DNA of 64,000 nucleotides from Eledone cirrhosa (Eukaryota): NCBI GenBank assembly GCA_964016885.1, contig OZ024762.1, positions 9,982,001 to 10,046,000 of the forward strand, read 5' to 3'. Shown piece by piece: positions 12,301 to 24,440 of this stretch (position 1 is its first letter; each line of letters starts with the position of its first letter). The notes under the pieces were generated by a model. It saw only the letters and a program-made list of their open reading frames with translations, ran no database searches and was not told where the DNA came from. The position numbers and the translations under genes were made by a program.

Positions 12301-14264
12301 TCAAAGCAATTTGCTGAAAGGTTTGTGTGTGTAAAAGGAAGGAAGGAGATGGTGGAAAAACTATAGCAAAACAGTGGCTGGTGTTCCATTTGCTACGCTG
12401 TGTGTGATTGTATGTATGTTTTTGTATGAATGTATGTCTGTGAGTATGTATTTTTGTATGTGTGTCTGTGTTCACGTGTTCATATTTATATCCTAAAGTC
12501 TAAAGTCTGTCTTAAGCCATTTAAGGCTCATTTGACCGGTGCTTATCCCGGTTTCATGGTGTGAAGCGACTGAGGCTACAAGACTCCGCCCTGGACAGGA
12601 CGCCAGTCCATTACAGGGTTAAACTCCCAGCTATTGCTGGTACTTATTTTCAGCTGAGTATACTGGGGCAACATGAAATGAAGTTTTTTGCTCAAGAACA
12701 CAACAAACAACCCAGGAATGGAACCCACAGCATTATGATCGTAAGTCCAACACCCTTACCACTAGGCCACGTGCCTCCACTATATTTATATACTCATACA
12801 TATAAATGTATGAGTATGCACATACACATCACTGTGTTGAAAAAAATCCTAATAAAGTAAGGTACCAGTCATATACTGGAGTTGATAATTTCACCTTTCC
12901 TCTTCCCCGCAAACCATTGACCCTGTGCCACAAACATATAATTGCCAGTTTTCTTGAAGGAATTCTCTTCTAATTATTTTCTCCCTGTCTTTTCAGGTGG
13001 ACTTGATTCCTCAATACGTATATGGGATGTCCGCAAAGAAGGTGACTTTAGCAATGTCAGGTGAGTTGACTGTTTTGTTTAACAAGGGCATATGTGGTTG
13101 GTGTTAGGAAGGGCATCCAGCCGTAGAAACTTGCCAGATATAGTTCTAAATGAGCGAGACACGGTCACCCGATCAATCTTGCCTCTAAATAGAACCTGTC
13201 TAACCCATGCTAGCATGGAAGATGGACATTAATCGATGATGATGGGACAATTCCCGTCTAACTCATGCTCGTGTGGAAGATAGTTGTTAAACAATGATGA
13301 TATGTTGTTGGTGTTAGGAAGGGCATCTGGCTGTAAAATTCCTGGCTAAATTTATGGTTCCATCAGTGTAAGATACAGCCTGTCCTGGGTCATGTCGTGG
13401 AGAACCCTGCTACTGAGGAGCTTTGCCAGTTCAGGATAAACTCTACCGCAGGGCGACGAAACCATCCTGCACGCACTCGTCCAGTGTCCAAGCATTGCTG
13501 ACTTGTGGGTTTATGTCGAACACCTGCTGTCGCATGTAGGACGGATCCGGCTATCAGCTGAGTCCATCGTGAGGATTGCCCCACCATCTTCCTTTAGCCA
13601 GGAAGGGCAGGCAGTTTTTATCTGTCTGGTGACCATGGCGAAAGAGATAGTGTGGTGGACACGTTTGAAAGGGCTGAAGACGAGCACTTACCTCTTCGGT
13701 GATGCCCTGATTAACTTTTTCAAATTTCATTTGAAAAGGAAAATCAGGGTAGAGAGGGAAGTGCTCTCTTCCCAGCATTTTGTTGAAAGATGGGTGAGAG
13801 AGGCAAGAATGGCCCGAGTGAATGGACCTACTCTGAGTATGTGTCTGTAAATTGAAGGTGGAAAACTGGGAGAGGGCACTTACCCTGGTGGTCAGGGTCA
13901 TTGTGGGTTTTTTAATGGGCTTTCTCAACAAATGTCCCTCGGACGTCCCCCCCCCCCTATTGGGGAATATTCCATTGTTTCTTTTTTTGTTACATCCTCT
14001 GTTTTTGTTTTTTTTACACGCAGAAATGTCCATTTGTACCGTCCTGTGTTGTCCTTAATGTTATACTTTGTGTCAACCCTTGTGGTTAATAAAGAAAGCA
14101 TTGTTTTTATTATTATTATTATTGTCCTTTCTTCTTTCGTCCACAGCCTCGACAACACAGCCTCACCTGAACAACTGTCTTGTTACCCGACCAAATCTAC
14201 ACCAATACATTTTCTAAACTTCACGAGTCACAATCTGTTGCTGGGCGCTGGTCCATTACTCTGA
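1161..14264 (+). CDS. TAF5L: TAF5-like (SAGA/PCAF-associated factor 65 beta) gene, 5'-partial; 13 coding exons in window
   Basis: GT-AG exons joined in consistent phase: 1161-1279, 2351-2480, 4020-4083, 4240-4294, 5379-5601, 6098-6295, 6980-7098, 7311-7392, 8668-8779, 9462-9630, 11331-11453, 12997-13060, 14147-14264 (TGA). The product has a TFIID NTD2-like region (LLFPIFVHVYLEM) then WD40 repeats (GGFEDSSIRLWSL, GHNYPVWDI, SGSCDRTAKLWSTDRIFPVRTFAGH, VKFHPNGMYIATGSSDRSVRLW, FSPNGQYLA, FKEFRGH). The short NTD2-WD linker fits TAF5L better than TAF5. Confidence 0.9.
2351..2480 (+). CDS. TAF5L: TAF5L exon
   Basis: ttgcag|...ttcag|gtgag; HKFHARHVAFFREDSENQDILDTLVKLNNREDVLTCKLVAEF. Confidence 0.85.
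2612..2843 (+). mobile_element. RTE LINE 3' end with (ATG)n tail
   Basis: GRRSRGRPRKTWAEVVRADL...; similar fragments at 11944-12131 (+), 19019-19217 (-), 46424-46624 (+) and 46676-46815 (-). Confidence 0.8.
3220..3667. repeat. ~61-bp tandem repeat (~7 copies), SINE-derived
   Basis: ggtgttaggaagggcatccagccatagaaacc recurs at 3331, 3392, 3454, 3515, 3576 and 3637. Confidence 0.85.
4020..4083 (+). CDS. TAF5L: TAF5L exon
   Basis: ccacag|...aag|gtaag; DHKYSLAFTQDTFDYLVRFLK. Confidence 0.85.
4240..4294 (+). CDS. TAF5L: TAF5L exon
   Basis: ttccag|...gaag|gtagg; ADDNMIMLQIFNKHLKVE. Confidence 0.83.
4923..5340. repeat. ~48-bp minisatellite (~9 copies)
   Basis: cctacacgaccactttacagtgtgggctgggtgctttttgttgtgaca; an inverse array lies at 15850-16230. 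Confidence 0.9.
5379..5601 (+). CDS. TAF5L: TAF5L exon (linker)
   Basis: ttgcag|...cacag|gtaac; ...LLECIKSLQALPPCLPSICFLAIATAHH. Confidence 0.83.
5592..5920 (+). repeat. 29-bp tandem repeat of the exon/intron junction
   Basis: ctcaccacag|gtaaccactaacgacatcc, about 9-10 copies. Confidence 0.9.
6098..6295 (+). CDS. TAF5L: TAF5L exon (WD1)
   Basis: ctccag|...actg|gttag; LSCATVSDDRKYVAGGFEDSSIRLWSL. Confidence 0.88.
6980..7098 (+). CDS. TAF5L: TAF5L exon (WD2)
   Basis: aaag|...acag|gtaat; VVLRGHSGAIYNMCFLPDPDPVYLLSCSKDTT. Confidence 0.87.
7311..7392 (+). CDS. TAF5L: TAF5L exon
   Basis: ttacag|...atatg|gtaag; VRLWNLENCCNTVRYAGHNYPVWDIDI. Confidence 0.9.
7800..8303. mobile_element. Same MITE family with ~5 x 72-bp units
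   Basis: TTAACCCTTTA...TAAAGGGTTAA; other copies at 11539-11714, 15480-15685, 52845-53026, 57399-57842 and a disrupted one at 1385-2018. Confidence 0.75.
8668..8779 (+). CDS. TAF5L: TAF5L exon
   Basis: tttcag|...cagt|gtaagt; MFVSGSCDRTAKLWSTDRIFPVRTFAGHTLDVS. Confidence 0.9.
9085..9414. repeat. (CTA/CCA)n trinucleotide tract
   Basis: Seen directly. Confidence 0.95.
9462..9630 (+). CDS. TAF5L: TAF5L exon
   Basis: ttccag|...tctg|gtgat; RVKFHPNGMYIATGSSDRSVRLWSINDGKCVRLMQGHRGTILAMAFSPNGQYLATS. Confidence 0.92.
10596..10966 (+). mobile_element. LINE ORF2 C-terminal fragment with internal 96-bp reiteration
   Basis: DRCYTRMLRM...RRLRLAGH; an unreiterated relative lies at 43640-43846. Confidence 0.75.
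11331..11453 (+). CDS. TAF5L: TAF5L exon
   Basis: atatag|...tcag|gtgag; DDKKIRVWDLNTGNLFKEFRGHIDTVYSLTFCRDGSMLAS. Confidence 0.9.
12997..13060 (+). CDS. TAF5L: TAF5L exon
   Basis: tttcag|...tcag|gtgag; GGLDSSIRIWDVRKEGDFSNV. Confidence 0.88.
13390..14100 (+). mobile_element. L1/Tx1-like LINE 3' end
   Basis: ...HALVQCPSIADLW...AKEIVWWTR...FFKFHLKRKIRVE* then 3' UTR with AATAAA; a second fragment lies at 12131-12366. Confidence 0.6.
14147..14264 (+). CDS. TAF5L: TAF5L last coding exon
   Basis: ccacag|; LDNTASPEQLSCYPTKSTPIHFLNFTSHNLLLGAGPLL*, matching the TAF5/TAF5L C-terminal F...NLLL motif. Confidence 0.88.
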
Positions 14265-14872
14265 CCCATCGGGCATTTCACCCTTCCACCCCCCCCACGG
14301 CACTGTCACCACCACCACCACCACCATCGCCACCACCACCACCATTACTAAACCAACACATCTAAGTCAATGTCTCTGTATGTTCCCATTATCCCCGCCC
14401 AAAGCCCCACCCTCATCCCCCACCGCCGCCAACATCTACCATTTCATACTTCAACAGTGACCCAAACTATCACCAACAAATTCTGTCTCTCTCCTCTCCC
14501 TCTCTTCTCTCTCGCCCGCTCTCCTCTCACTTCTCTCTTGCCTGCTCTCCTCTCACTTCTCTCTCTCATCTCCTTCCTTCTTCACCCCTCTCTTCCATCC
14601 CCTTTCTTCTACTCTCTCTCTCATTCACACCTTCTCTTTCATCCCCTTTCTTCCACCCCTCCTCTCTCTTTCATACCCTTCCTCCTACCCCCTCTCTCTC
14701 CTCTACCTCCTTCCAACTATCCCCCTCTCTCTCTCTCTCCTCTCTCATCTCTTGAAGTAATATAAAATAAACCCCACCAAAAAAAATACAAAAACAAACA
14801 TAAAACAACAACAACAACAACCAACGTTTGATATTTATTTTGTAAAGAATATTACAGAATATATTAATTTGT

Positions 14873-14878
14873 AATAAA
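14873..14878 (+). terminator. Probable TAF5L polyadenylation signal
   Basis: AATAAA followed by GT-rich gctgtgtgtttgggtgttt; an alternative AATAAA lies at 14766. Confidence 0.5.
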
Positions 14879-16610
14879 TTACTGCTGTGTGTTTGGGTGT
14901 TTATTCTTTTTAATTTAGGGGGCAGCAGAATCAGTAGAGCGCTGAACAACGTTTTGAAGCATAGAGTTACGACCCATTACGTTCTGGGTACAAATTTTTC
15001 CGAGGTTAGCTTTGCCTGTCATCCTTGCGGGGGGAGGGGGGGGTCGATAAAATAAAGTACCAGTAATGCACTGGGTCGATATAATCGATTCCCCCCCCTC
15101 CCCAAAATTGTTGGCCTTATTATTATTATTATTATTATTAGCGCAGTGGATTGGCAGTATCGGTAGAACATTGTACAAAATGCTTTGTGGTGCAGAGTTA
15201 TGGCCCTGTATGTTGTGAGTTCAAATCCCACTGAGGTTAACTTTGCCTTTCATCCTTGTGGGGAGGTCAATAAAATAAAGTACCAGTAATGCACTGGAGT
15301 TGAGTTAATAGACTTTCCCCTTCCTCAAAATTGCTGGCCTTGTGCCTGAATCAGAAAACATTTTCAATTTTAATTAATTTTAACTCCGTTAAAAATAAAA
15401 GAAAAAATGAAATTTGCATTTACAACTTGCACCTGCACAGGTGTAGTTGGCCACCTACAGAGGAGGTTTCTCAGGTGTTTTAACCCTTTAGCATTTACAT
15501 TACTCTATATTTACTGTTATATTTTCACGGTAAAGTCTTTACCTTACATAATTATCTCTCATAATATCGAATCTTTGAGATTTTGATCTTATTTATTTTG
15601 AGAACAATACCTTAACATCAGTATGGACTGCCAGTTTGAACAGAAAGAGGTGAGAGAATTCTGGTCGGTTTAAATGTTAAAGTGGATTCTTGACACTTCC
15701 AGTTACAAGCCTGAAATACTCAAAAGGGACAGAATTGGTGACAAACAACTTCATAGCATCCGTGAGATGTTGTTTTGTCTTAGGCCCGGTAGATCTGTGC
15801 ACCATATATATTGAATATAAACATTCAATATATGCCCCCGATCTCCCTCCCACTGTAAAGTGGTTGTGTAGGTGTCATGACAAAAAAGTACCTAGTTCAC
15901 ACTGCAAAGCGTTCGTCACAACAAAAAAACAGCCAGTCCACACTGTAAAATGGTCGTGTAGGTCTCACGACAAAAAGGGCCCAGTCCACTCTGTAAAGTG
16001 GTCGTGTAGGTCTCATGACAAAATGTGCCCACTCCACACTGTAAAGTGGTCATGTAGGTCTCACGACAAAATGTGCCCAGTCCACTGTAAAGTGGTCGTG
16101 TAGGTCTCACGGCAAAAAGTGCCCAGTCCGCACTGCAAAGTGGTTGTGTAGGTCTCACAACAAAAAAGCACCCAGTCCACTGTAAAGTGGTCATGTAGGT
16201 GCCTCGGTAAAAAGTACTCGGTACTCACTGTAAATGAGATTGGCGTTAGGAAGGGCATCCAGCTGTAGAAATAAAAAACAAAGAAATCCTTGGTGGGATT
16301 TGAACTCAGCATAAAGCGACGTAACTCTATACCACAAAGCATTTTGTCTGACGCTCTACCAATCCTGCAAATCCACTGCCCTGTTAAGATTTAATAATAT
16401 TGAGGAATTACAAGTGTTTCTCTTTCTATATATTTGTGTGTGTGTATATATGTATATTTGTTTAACTGTTGGTCAATCAATAATAAACATTGATTACCAG
16501 CTAAATTAACTATGAAGATATAAAATATACAGAAGTGAAAACCAAATCAAATAGTGAGTATGTTTTATATATTTCTGGCAATATTATAACATGACCCTCC
16601 CCAAATATAA

Positions 16611-18497
16611 GGGAAGCAGAGGATAGAAAATTCAAGCATGTTTTGCAACGTCAGGACCAGAAACAGGAGGTATTCAAGATTGCGAGGCAGTGTGTCAGAG
16701 ATAGTTGTGATGTCATTGGAGAGAAGTGTATCCGGAATGATAAAGGTGAGCTTGCCCTCACAAGTGCTGAGAAGAAAGATGCATGGAAGAGTCATTATGA
16801 TAGATTACTAAATGAGGAGAATGCATGGAAAGAGACCCTACCCCAAGTAGACCCTATAGAGGGGCCAGCAGTACAAGTCAGCAGCAACGTAGTAAGTAAG
16901 GCAATCAAAGATATGAAGATGGGGAAGGCAACCGGTCCATCGGGTATAGCTGCCGAGATGCTGAAGGCATCTGGGTCTGTAGGTCACACTATAACCACAC
17001 GTATTGTTAACCAGGTAATACTAGAAGGTGTCATACCAAAAGATTGGTACAGTAGCATCATTGTCAACTGCTACAAAGGTAAAGGTGATGCACTAGATAG
17101 AGGTATAAAGTTGATGGACCAGGTCATGAAAGTAACAGAAAGAGTTATAGCACAGTTGATTAGGGACCGGGTGGAAATAGACGAGATGCAATTTGGGTTT
17201 GTACCAGGAAGAGGCACCACTGATGCCCTCTTCCTTGTGAGGCAATTACAGGAAAAGTACCTAGCTAAAAGTAAGCCACTCTACTTGGCATTTGTCGACC
17301 TTGAGAAAGCCTTTGACAGAGTTCCACGTGCTGTAATCTGGTGGGCTCTTAGAAAACTAGGAGTAGATGAATGGCTTGTGAAAGCGGTACAAGCCATGTA
17401 TAGGGGAGCAGTCAGCAAAGTTAGGATTAGCAATGAGTAGAGCGAGGAATTTAGCGTACAGGTTGGGGTCCACCAGGGCTCTGTTCTTAGCCCCCTCCTG
17501 TTCATCATAGTCCTGCAGGCAATAACGGAGGAGTTTAAGACTGGATGCCCATGGGAACTCCTGTATGCTGATGACCTCGCACTCGTAGCTGAATCTATGG
17601 TAGAACTAGAGAATAAATTCCAAACTTGGAAGCAGGGACTAGAAAGAAAGGGTCTCAAAGTCAACATGACAAAGACTAAGGTCCTTGTAAGTAGACGAGA
17701 AAACAGAACCCAGATCCCCTCAGGGAAATGGCCTTGCTCAGTATGTAGGTAGGAACTCCATTCTCTGCCCCAAATGCAAACAATGGGTACACAAGAGATG
17801 TAGCGGGATCTCAGGAAGCTTAATTAAGAATGTAGGCTTCACATGCAGCAGCTGTGATGAGACAGCAAGCAGCAAACAGCCACAGGAAACAAGTACCACC
17901 AATCTCTGGGAGGGCTCTGTAGAAACAGTAGACAGCTTCTGCTACCTAGGTGACCGAATTAGCAGCGGAGGTGGGTGTTCAGAAAGTACAATAACTAGGG
18001 GAAGAAGTTTAGGGAACTACTACCACTGCTAGCTGCAAAAGGCTTCTCCCTCAGAATGAAAGGCAGACTGTATGATGCGAACAGCAATGTTGCATGGTAG
18101 TGAGACCTGGGCGCTGAAGGTGGAAGACTTACGTAGATTAGAGAGAAACGAAGCCTGCATGCTCCGGTGGATGTGTAACAGAAATATACGTGAACGACAA
18201 AGCATAAATGAATTGAGAGAGAGACTGAGCATAAGAGGAATCAAATGCTGCGTGCAGGAGAGGCGGTTGTGCTGGTATGGACATGTGATGCATATGAAGG
18301 ATGACAGCTGCATAAAAAGGTGCAGAGCACTAGAAGTTGATGGAAACTGCGGAGTGGGGAGACCCAAGATGACCTGGGATGAGGTGATAAAAGCCGATCT
18401 TACCCAATTACACCTCTCAAAGGCAATGACACACGATCGTGACTTCTGGCGTCACGCAGTAATACAGAGTACCCGACCTCCCATGGGTACAAGCTGA
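16611..18497 (+). mobile_element. RTE-clade LINE, 5'-truncated, with disrupted reverse transcriptase ORF
   Basis: KATGPSG, QFGFVPGRGTTDA, AFVDLEKAFDRV, GVHQGSVLSP and YADD (17564) motifs; stop at 17438 and frameshifts; C-terminal RRLCWYGHV...GRPKMTW. Confidence 0.92.
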
Positions 18498-19513
18498 AGC
18501 ATATAGACAATATGCCCCCACTCCCCCCACCGCAAGGTGGTCGTGGAGGTGCCACGGCAAAAAAGCACCCAGCCCACACTGTAAAGTGGACGTGTAGGCG
18601 CCACGAAAAAGCACCCAGCACTCACTGTAAATGAGGTTGGTGTTAGGAAGGGCATCCAGCTGTAGAAATCAAGCCAAATCAGTTCCTGTATGAGCAAGGC
18701 ATGGTCAGCCGACCAGACACTGCCCACAACAGGACAACCCGTCTAACCCATGCTAGCGTGGAAGAACGGACGTAAAACGGTGATGATGATGATGATATAT
18801 ATGTAGTCATTTTATTTATATTTGATCATTAATTTGACTTAATATCTATAGTTTTAAAATTAGTATTTATTATTTCCTATTTTGTAGAAACACCATAAAA
18901 GATGAAAAAATGTTAAATGATAACTGAATAGTATAAATATATTAGCCACAGTCACATAAATACCCCTTCCCCAATTAAATTACCCCTGATATCGCATGAT
19001 ATGAAGGATAAACTTTATTCATCATCATCATCATCATTTTACGTCCGCTTTTCCCTGCTTGCAAGGGTGGGACGGATCCTATTCAACACAGCATCTCTCC
19101 ACTTGTCACTGTCCTTCGTCATCTCCACCGTGAGCTTCAGCTATCTGAGGTCTGCTCTCACCACCTCCGCCCATGTTTTTTGTGCTCTTCCTCTACTACG
19201 TCTTCCTTCAACTGGCATTATTATATAATAAAATTCAGAACTAGATGTTTACATATGAGGGTTAAATCACTGGGTATTTCTTTAAAATTGATTAGAAAGT
19301 AATTACTATACCAGATATTATTTTTTTCAAACAATGTGTTTATTTCAAATAATCAATATCATCCAATTAATTTAAGTAAAAATAAATTTAAGAAAAACTC
19401 TACATAAAACCTCTCCATTGAAACAATGTAGATTATAACATATGTTACCTTCATTATATGTGGGCCAAATAGCTGAAGAAACCATCTCAGAGAAGATAAA
19501 AATCATTCTAAAA

Positions 19514-20217
19514 ATGTTGAAGTTTGTTGTACTTATCAGCGTCTGTATCATCAGTAAGTTTGACTCTAGATTGTTCTCTTATTTTTTTTAGATATTAGTC
19601 TGTGGCCATGCTGGGGCAGTGACTTCAAAGGATTTAGTTATTCATATCACCCACAGCAGTTTTACTTTGCAATTCTGCTATTCACTGTAAACTGCTAAGT
19701 TACTGGACACACACACACATACATATATATATATACAAAGATGTCAGTTTACCTGGAAAGAAACAATGCAAGATTTCACAGCCTAAACACTACTTTTTCA
19801 ACCACCAACCGACCAAGTACATACATACCCCAACTGTACCAGAGCCTGCAGGTCCAGGTTTGGCCTCTACAGACACCTCAAGGGAGCGACCGTACATAAC
19901 AGAACAACAATTCTTCCCATTGATCTTCACAAGCAAATAATTCGCCATTCATATACACATGCTGGTCAACGCTAGAATCTCATTGATTCTATATACATAA
20001 GTTGGTTCTCAGAGGCCCTATTCGGGTTATGGGAACTGTTATGTTGTCCAGACAGCTGTTTCCAAAATACCGGTGTATAATTTAATTATGTCCCCCGGCT
20101 AAGAATGTCGTATTAATTAATTATATATATATTTCAGTATGGTGTACCCTTGGTGGTAGGGTCTGTACCGTAGACAGAACTCAATGTAATGTGATGTTTC
20201 CGAAGAAGACGGTCTGA
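19514..20217 (+). CDS. Putative two-exon small secreted peptide (19514-19553 + 20138-20217)
   Basis: AAAATG start, hydrophobic MLKFVVLISVCII, A|gtaagt donor, tttcag| acceptor in phase 1; no homology recognised. Confidence 0.3.
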
Positions 20218-20710
20218 TCGAACCTATATATATATATATATAATTGGAAAATAGTAAAATCGAATCTCTGGCGGTTTGCAAGTAAATTCGGCCTACTTAT
20301 ATGAAATGATGAGTTAGCAAAGCACTCGATAAGTTGGGGCCTTAGAGTAATAACATGCGTTTAAATAGCTTGACAAATCGAACATTGTGGCAGGCGAATC
20401 TAACACACAATATATACCAAAATAACGATAGAACTAATAAACGTAGGCGTGAAGAGATTATGAATTTCTTTGCTTTACTACAAAACATATGTCAAAGATA
20501 ATACATTCTTAATCTCCTTCACGCTAACGTTATATTGTTCTTGGTGCAATACTTGCTTATATTAATATACTCCGTGGTCTCTTCTGGATCTATATACCCC
20601 AGCTTGGATATTTATGTTATAGGATTGAAAGAATAACGTTGAGTCAAACTCTATGGTAGGCAGCTTTATTGTTTAAACATTAATTCCTGATTTATATAAA
20701 CAAAACTTTA

Positions 20711-20744
<34 letters not shown>

Positions 20745-23707
20745 AACAACAGGTGGTGCTATTGCGTTTGTCATGGCCTGGGCCTTTACTGCCCGAAGTC
20801 AATCTAAGTTATATATAACTTAGATAGACTTCGTATGTGCGTGCGTGTTTATATATACACACACATACATATATACGTGTATGTGTGTTTGTGTATGAAG
20901 TTACTGTTTACTTTTATTCACAGGTCAGAGCTGAGCGATCAAGACATATATTTATATATACTAAGACCTAGACGTAATCAATAGTAAAAACATTGTTAAT
21001 CTCTTCCTACACAGATTAAATTTAAAAGATTACATTTACATGTGTCACAGCTAATTCACTTTCGTAATTCTTAGGAAACTTGGCTGTTATTTCTAGCAAG
21101 TGGAGCGAACACGTAGCGACATGCTGCTGTTGTTTACTTTTAATCACAGGTCTTGAACGAGCAAGATAAGATGACCCGACATGTGTGTAATCGATGGAAT
21201 TCCTGCTGTGACGATCCTGTGTTTATATGAGTATCTGGGTACCCACAACTATATCGTTGAATGCACCTTTCATTGTTTTAAAAGGTGTTGTAGAAGACAC
21301 AACATCTGTGGGTGAGAGGCCGGAGAATGTCTGTGAGTGGTTTTTAATTAATTAGACACAGTTCTATTAAATAAAGAAGCGAAAGGACTTTGAAAATATA
21401 GCGGTGCCATACTAATTACGATACCGGTGTAACGATTTCACATTACCCTTGCTTTACCTTAACCCCTCTCCCCACCACGGTAATTTGATGTTCAGATTAC
21501 AGGGAGATGTGGGATGGAATTAATTGTTTTATTTATTTACTTAAATCTAACACCAAACGGGTTGCCGAGGACTAAATTAAAAAACTTGCCTTCGTTAAAA
21601 AAAAACAAAAACAATCGTAACCTCTCCCATGATGCAACAGTGCAGGCAAATGATTTGACGATTTAGCGACATCAGTTCCTCAAAATTTTCCCAGGGGAAA
21701 TCTCAAGAACGATAACTCCGTCTTTACTTAATCGCTAAAATGGGTGCAAAATTTATTTCGAAAGATTTTCCTTTAAAAACACTAGTTATAGATTAAAAAC
21801 TAACGAAAAGGGACAATAATAAAAGTATTTTGTGGGGTTTTTAAAGGGTAATAATTTCGTTTCAAAATCATGGTACAGCCCTAGTTATAATAATTATTAT
21901 TTAAAATAAATTGTATAACATACGTTCAACTTCGTAAATTATGTATGCGCGTGTGTGTGTATATACACGACCACATACATATGTGCGTATATCTCTCTCC
22001 CATATAGCTGCTATTTGTAGCATTTTCTACAGCAGAAGGGTACTTATTTGAGGCGTGTTTGTTTCCTAATTCTAGCATTTTACAAAATAAACAGGTCGGG
22101 CTGTTTAAATAATTTCGCTGCTATTTCTAGCATAAGGTAGCCATTTTGGTTGGGCGGCTGGAGTAACGTTCAACATGGTAGTACTGGCTGTCAGCTTGAA
22201 CGGTTTATTTACTGGCTATCACGTCGAACAATAATACTGGCTGTGTAGTTGAACGTTTCGTTGGGGTAAGAGAGGGAGATAACTCTTTAAAGCATAATTT
22301 TTCAGAGTTCTTTCCCTTTAACCATAAAGATATATAAAATTAGCCCCTTAACCTGTCGATTTTATTTTTTTATTAATGCATATTTCTTAATGAAATTTTA
22401 TAGATATACGTATTAAAATGTGTAGATTATGATTATTGAGATGAAATATACATTTATGGGATATTTCAAAAAGAGCAGTAGATTTGGTTGCTATTTCTAT
22501 ACATTAAATATATGTTATACTTTGGGAGGGTCATGCTGCCAATAGAAACACATGCACCTGTTAGTTTTTCAATTAAATTTATTATATATTTCCCAAGGTA
22601 TAACAATACATGTTTCAATACACGTTTTCAGATAAGAAATCTTGCAAAACAAATTCAAAAATTAAATGTATGGTTGTGTGGAAATTTCGTTACTATTGCC
22701 AGCATTTTTCAAAGTCACCAGGATACATTTTTTGTCTGGTTTACTAGCATTTTACAAGACGTCGAGTGTGGCATCTGAAAGGGATTTGGCTACTGTTTCT
22801 TGCCTCTTTAAGCACACTGTGTTGTGTGATTTGAGGAATATTTTAGCTGCTGTTTCTAGCACTTTCTGCGGTAGTGATATATGTAATTTGAGGGCGGTTC
22901 AACTGTTATTTATGGTAGGTTTTACGACAGTACGGTTTATGTTTTACAAGAGATTTTGCTGCTATTTTTAGCATTGTATGTGTGTGTGTATAATTTACTA
23001 TGTATATGTGATTAAATACGTGTCTCTGTGTATGTGACAGACAAAGAGTAAGGTATATATATATATATAGAGAGAGAGAGAGTGAGAAATTACCTATGTT
23101 TACGATGAGAGAAGCTAAGTAAACCTATTTATTAGCTTTCATGGTTTATAAAGATAGAGAGGACAAGGTTTGATAAAATAATGGCAATTGTAAGGACATT
23201 ATGCGATTTATTTATAATATTTTAATGTTTTACTTGTCGTCTGTCGCCAATAATAAAATTGACAACAAAAAGTAAAGACGAGTGGTGGGAGGCAGCAGCA
23301 CAAGGCTTTGTTTTTAAAGGAATGAAGACTGGAAACATTTTATTTATTAAAAATAGTTAATAATTTAAATCCTACGAATGTTTAAAAGTCTTTAATTATT
23401 TATTGAGTTTTAGAATGCTGAACATTTTAATAATATTTGTAGATTCGCAGCCTATGAAGGAGTGATGCTAGGGCTGTGCAATCTTGCATGTTGAAAAATA
23501 AATCTCATTTGGTCATTCCATGAGAGTATCTTGGTCAGCCAATGAAGGAGTGATGCTAGGTCTGTGCAATCTTGCTTGTTGAAAAGTAAACCTCATTTGG
23601 TCATTCCATGAGAGTATCATGGTCAGCCTATGAAGGAGTGATTCTATATATATATATATAGTTATATATACATGTATATATATATATATATATACATGTA
23701 TATATAC

Positions 23708-23940
23708 ATGAGAGATTTGCATGACGTGGAGGTGGATGTCTTCAAGAAACATCTCGACACCTTGTTATCCAGGATCCCGGATGAGCCCACAGCAAGATAC
23801 GAGGGAAACCTAAGGACAGCAGCAACAAACTCCCTCTTACACCAGTGGCCAACCTATACAGGCTGGAGATAAAATGTGTAGCAACAAGGGCGGTGCCCCA
23901 GCATGGCCTCAGCCGGATGGCTGAAACAGGTAAAAGAGTA
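23708..23940 (+). mobile_element. CR1/L2-type LINE 3' end (copy A)
   Basis: [27 protein letters not shown]...NSLLHQ; near-identical copy at 29546-29776. Confidence 0.7.
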
Positions 23941-23983
23941 TATGTGTATATATATATATATATACATGTATATATATGGATAT

Positions 23984-24039
<56 letters not shown>

Positions 24040-24041
24040 CT

Positions 24042-24072
<31 letters not shown>

Positions 24073-24169
24073 TAAATATATATATCTATATATATAAATG
24101 TATATATATATATATATATATATATAAATGTATATATATATATATATAAATATCTATATATATATATAA

Positions 24170-24220
<51 letters not shown>

Positions 24221-24342
24221 GATGTGTTCACCTATTAAAAATCCACAAAATACTTTTAATATTGTCGTTTTCGTCCATAGCAAGTGTTGTTTCGAATTAA
24301 TTTTTACACCCATTTTTGCGATTAAGTAAAGACAGAGTTATC

Positions 24343-24418
<76 letters not shown>

Positions 24419-24440
24419 ATATAACTATATATAAAAATAT

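Noticed and set aside
1161-14264. Calling the WD40 gene TAF5 rather than TAF5L
   Set aside because: The short linker between NTD2 and WD1 and the motif wording (SGSCDRTAKLWSTDRIFP, FKEFRGH) fit TAF5L better; a reciprocal BLAST would settle it.
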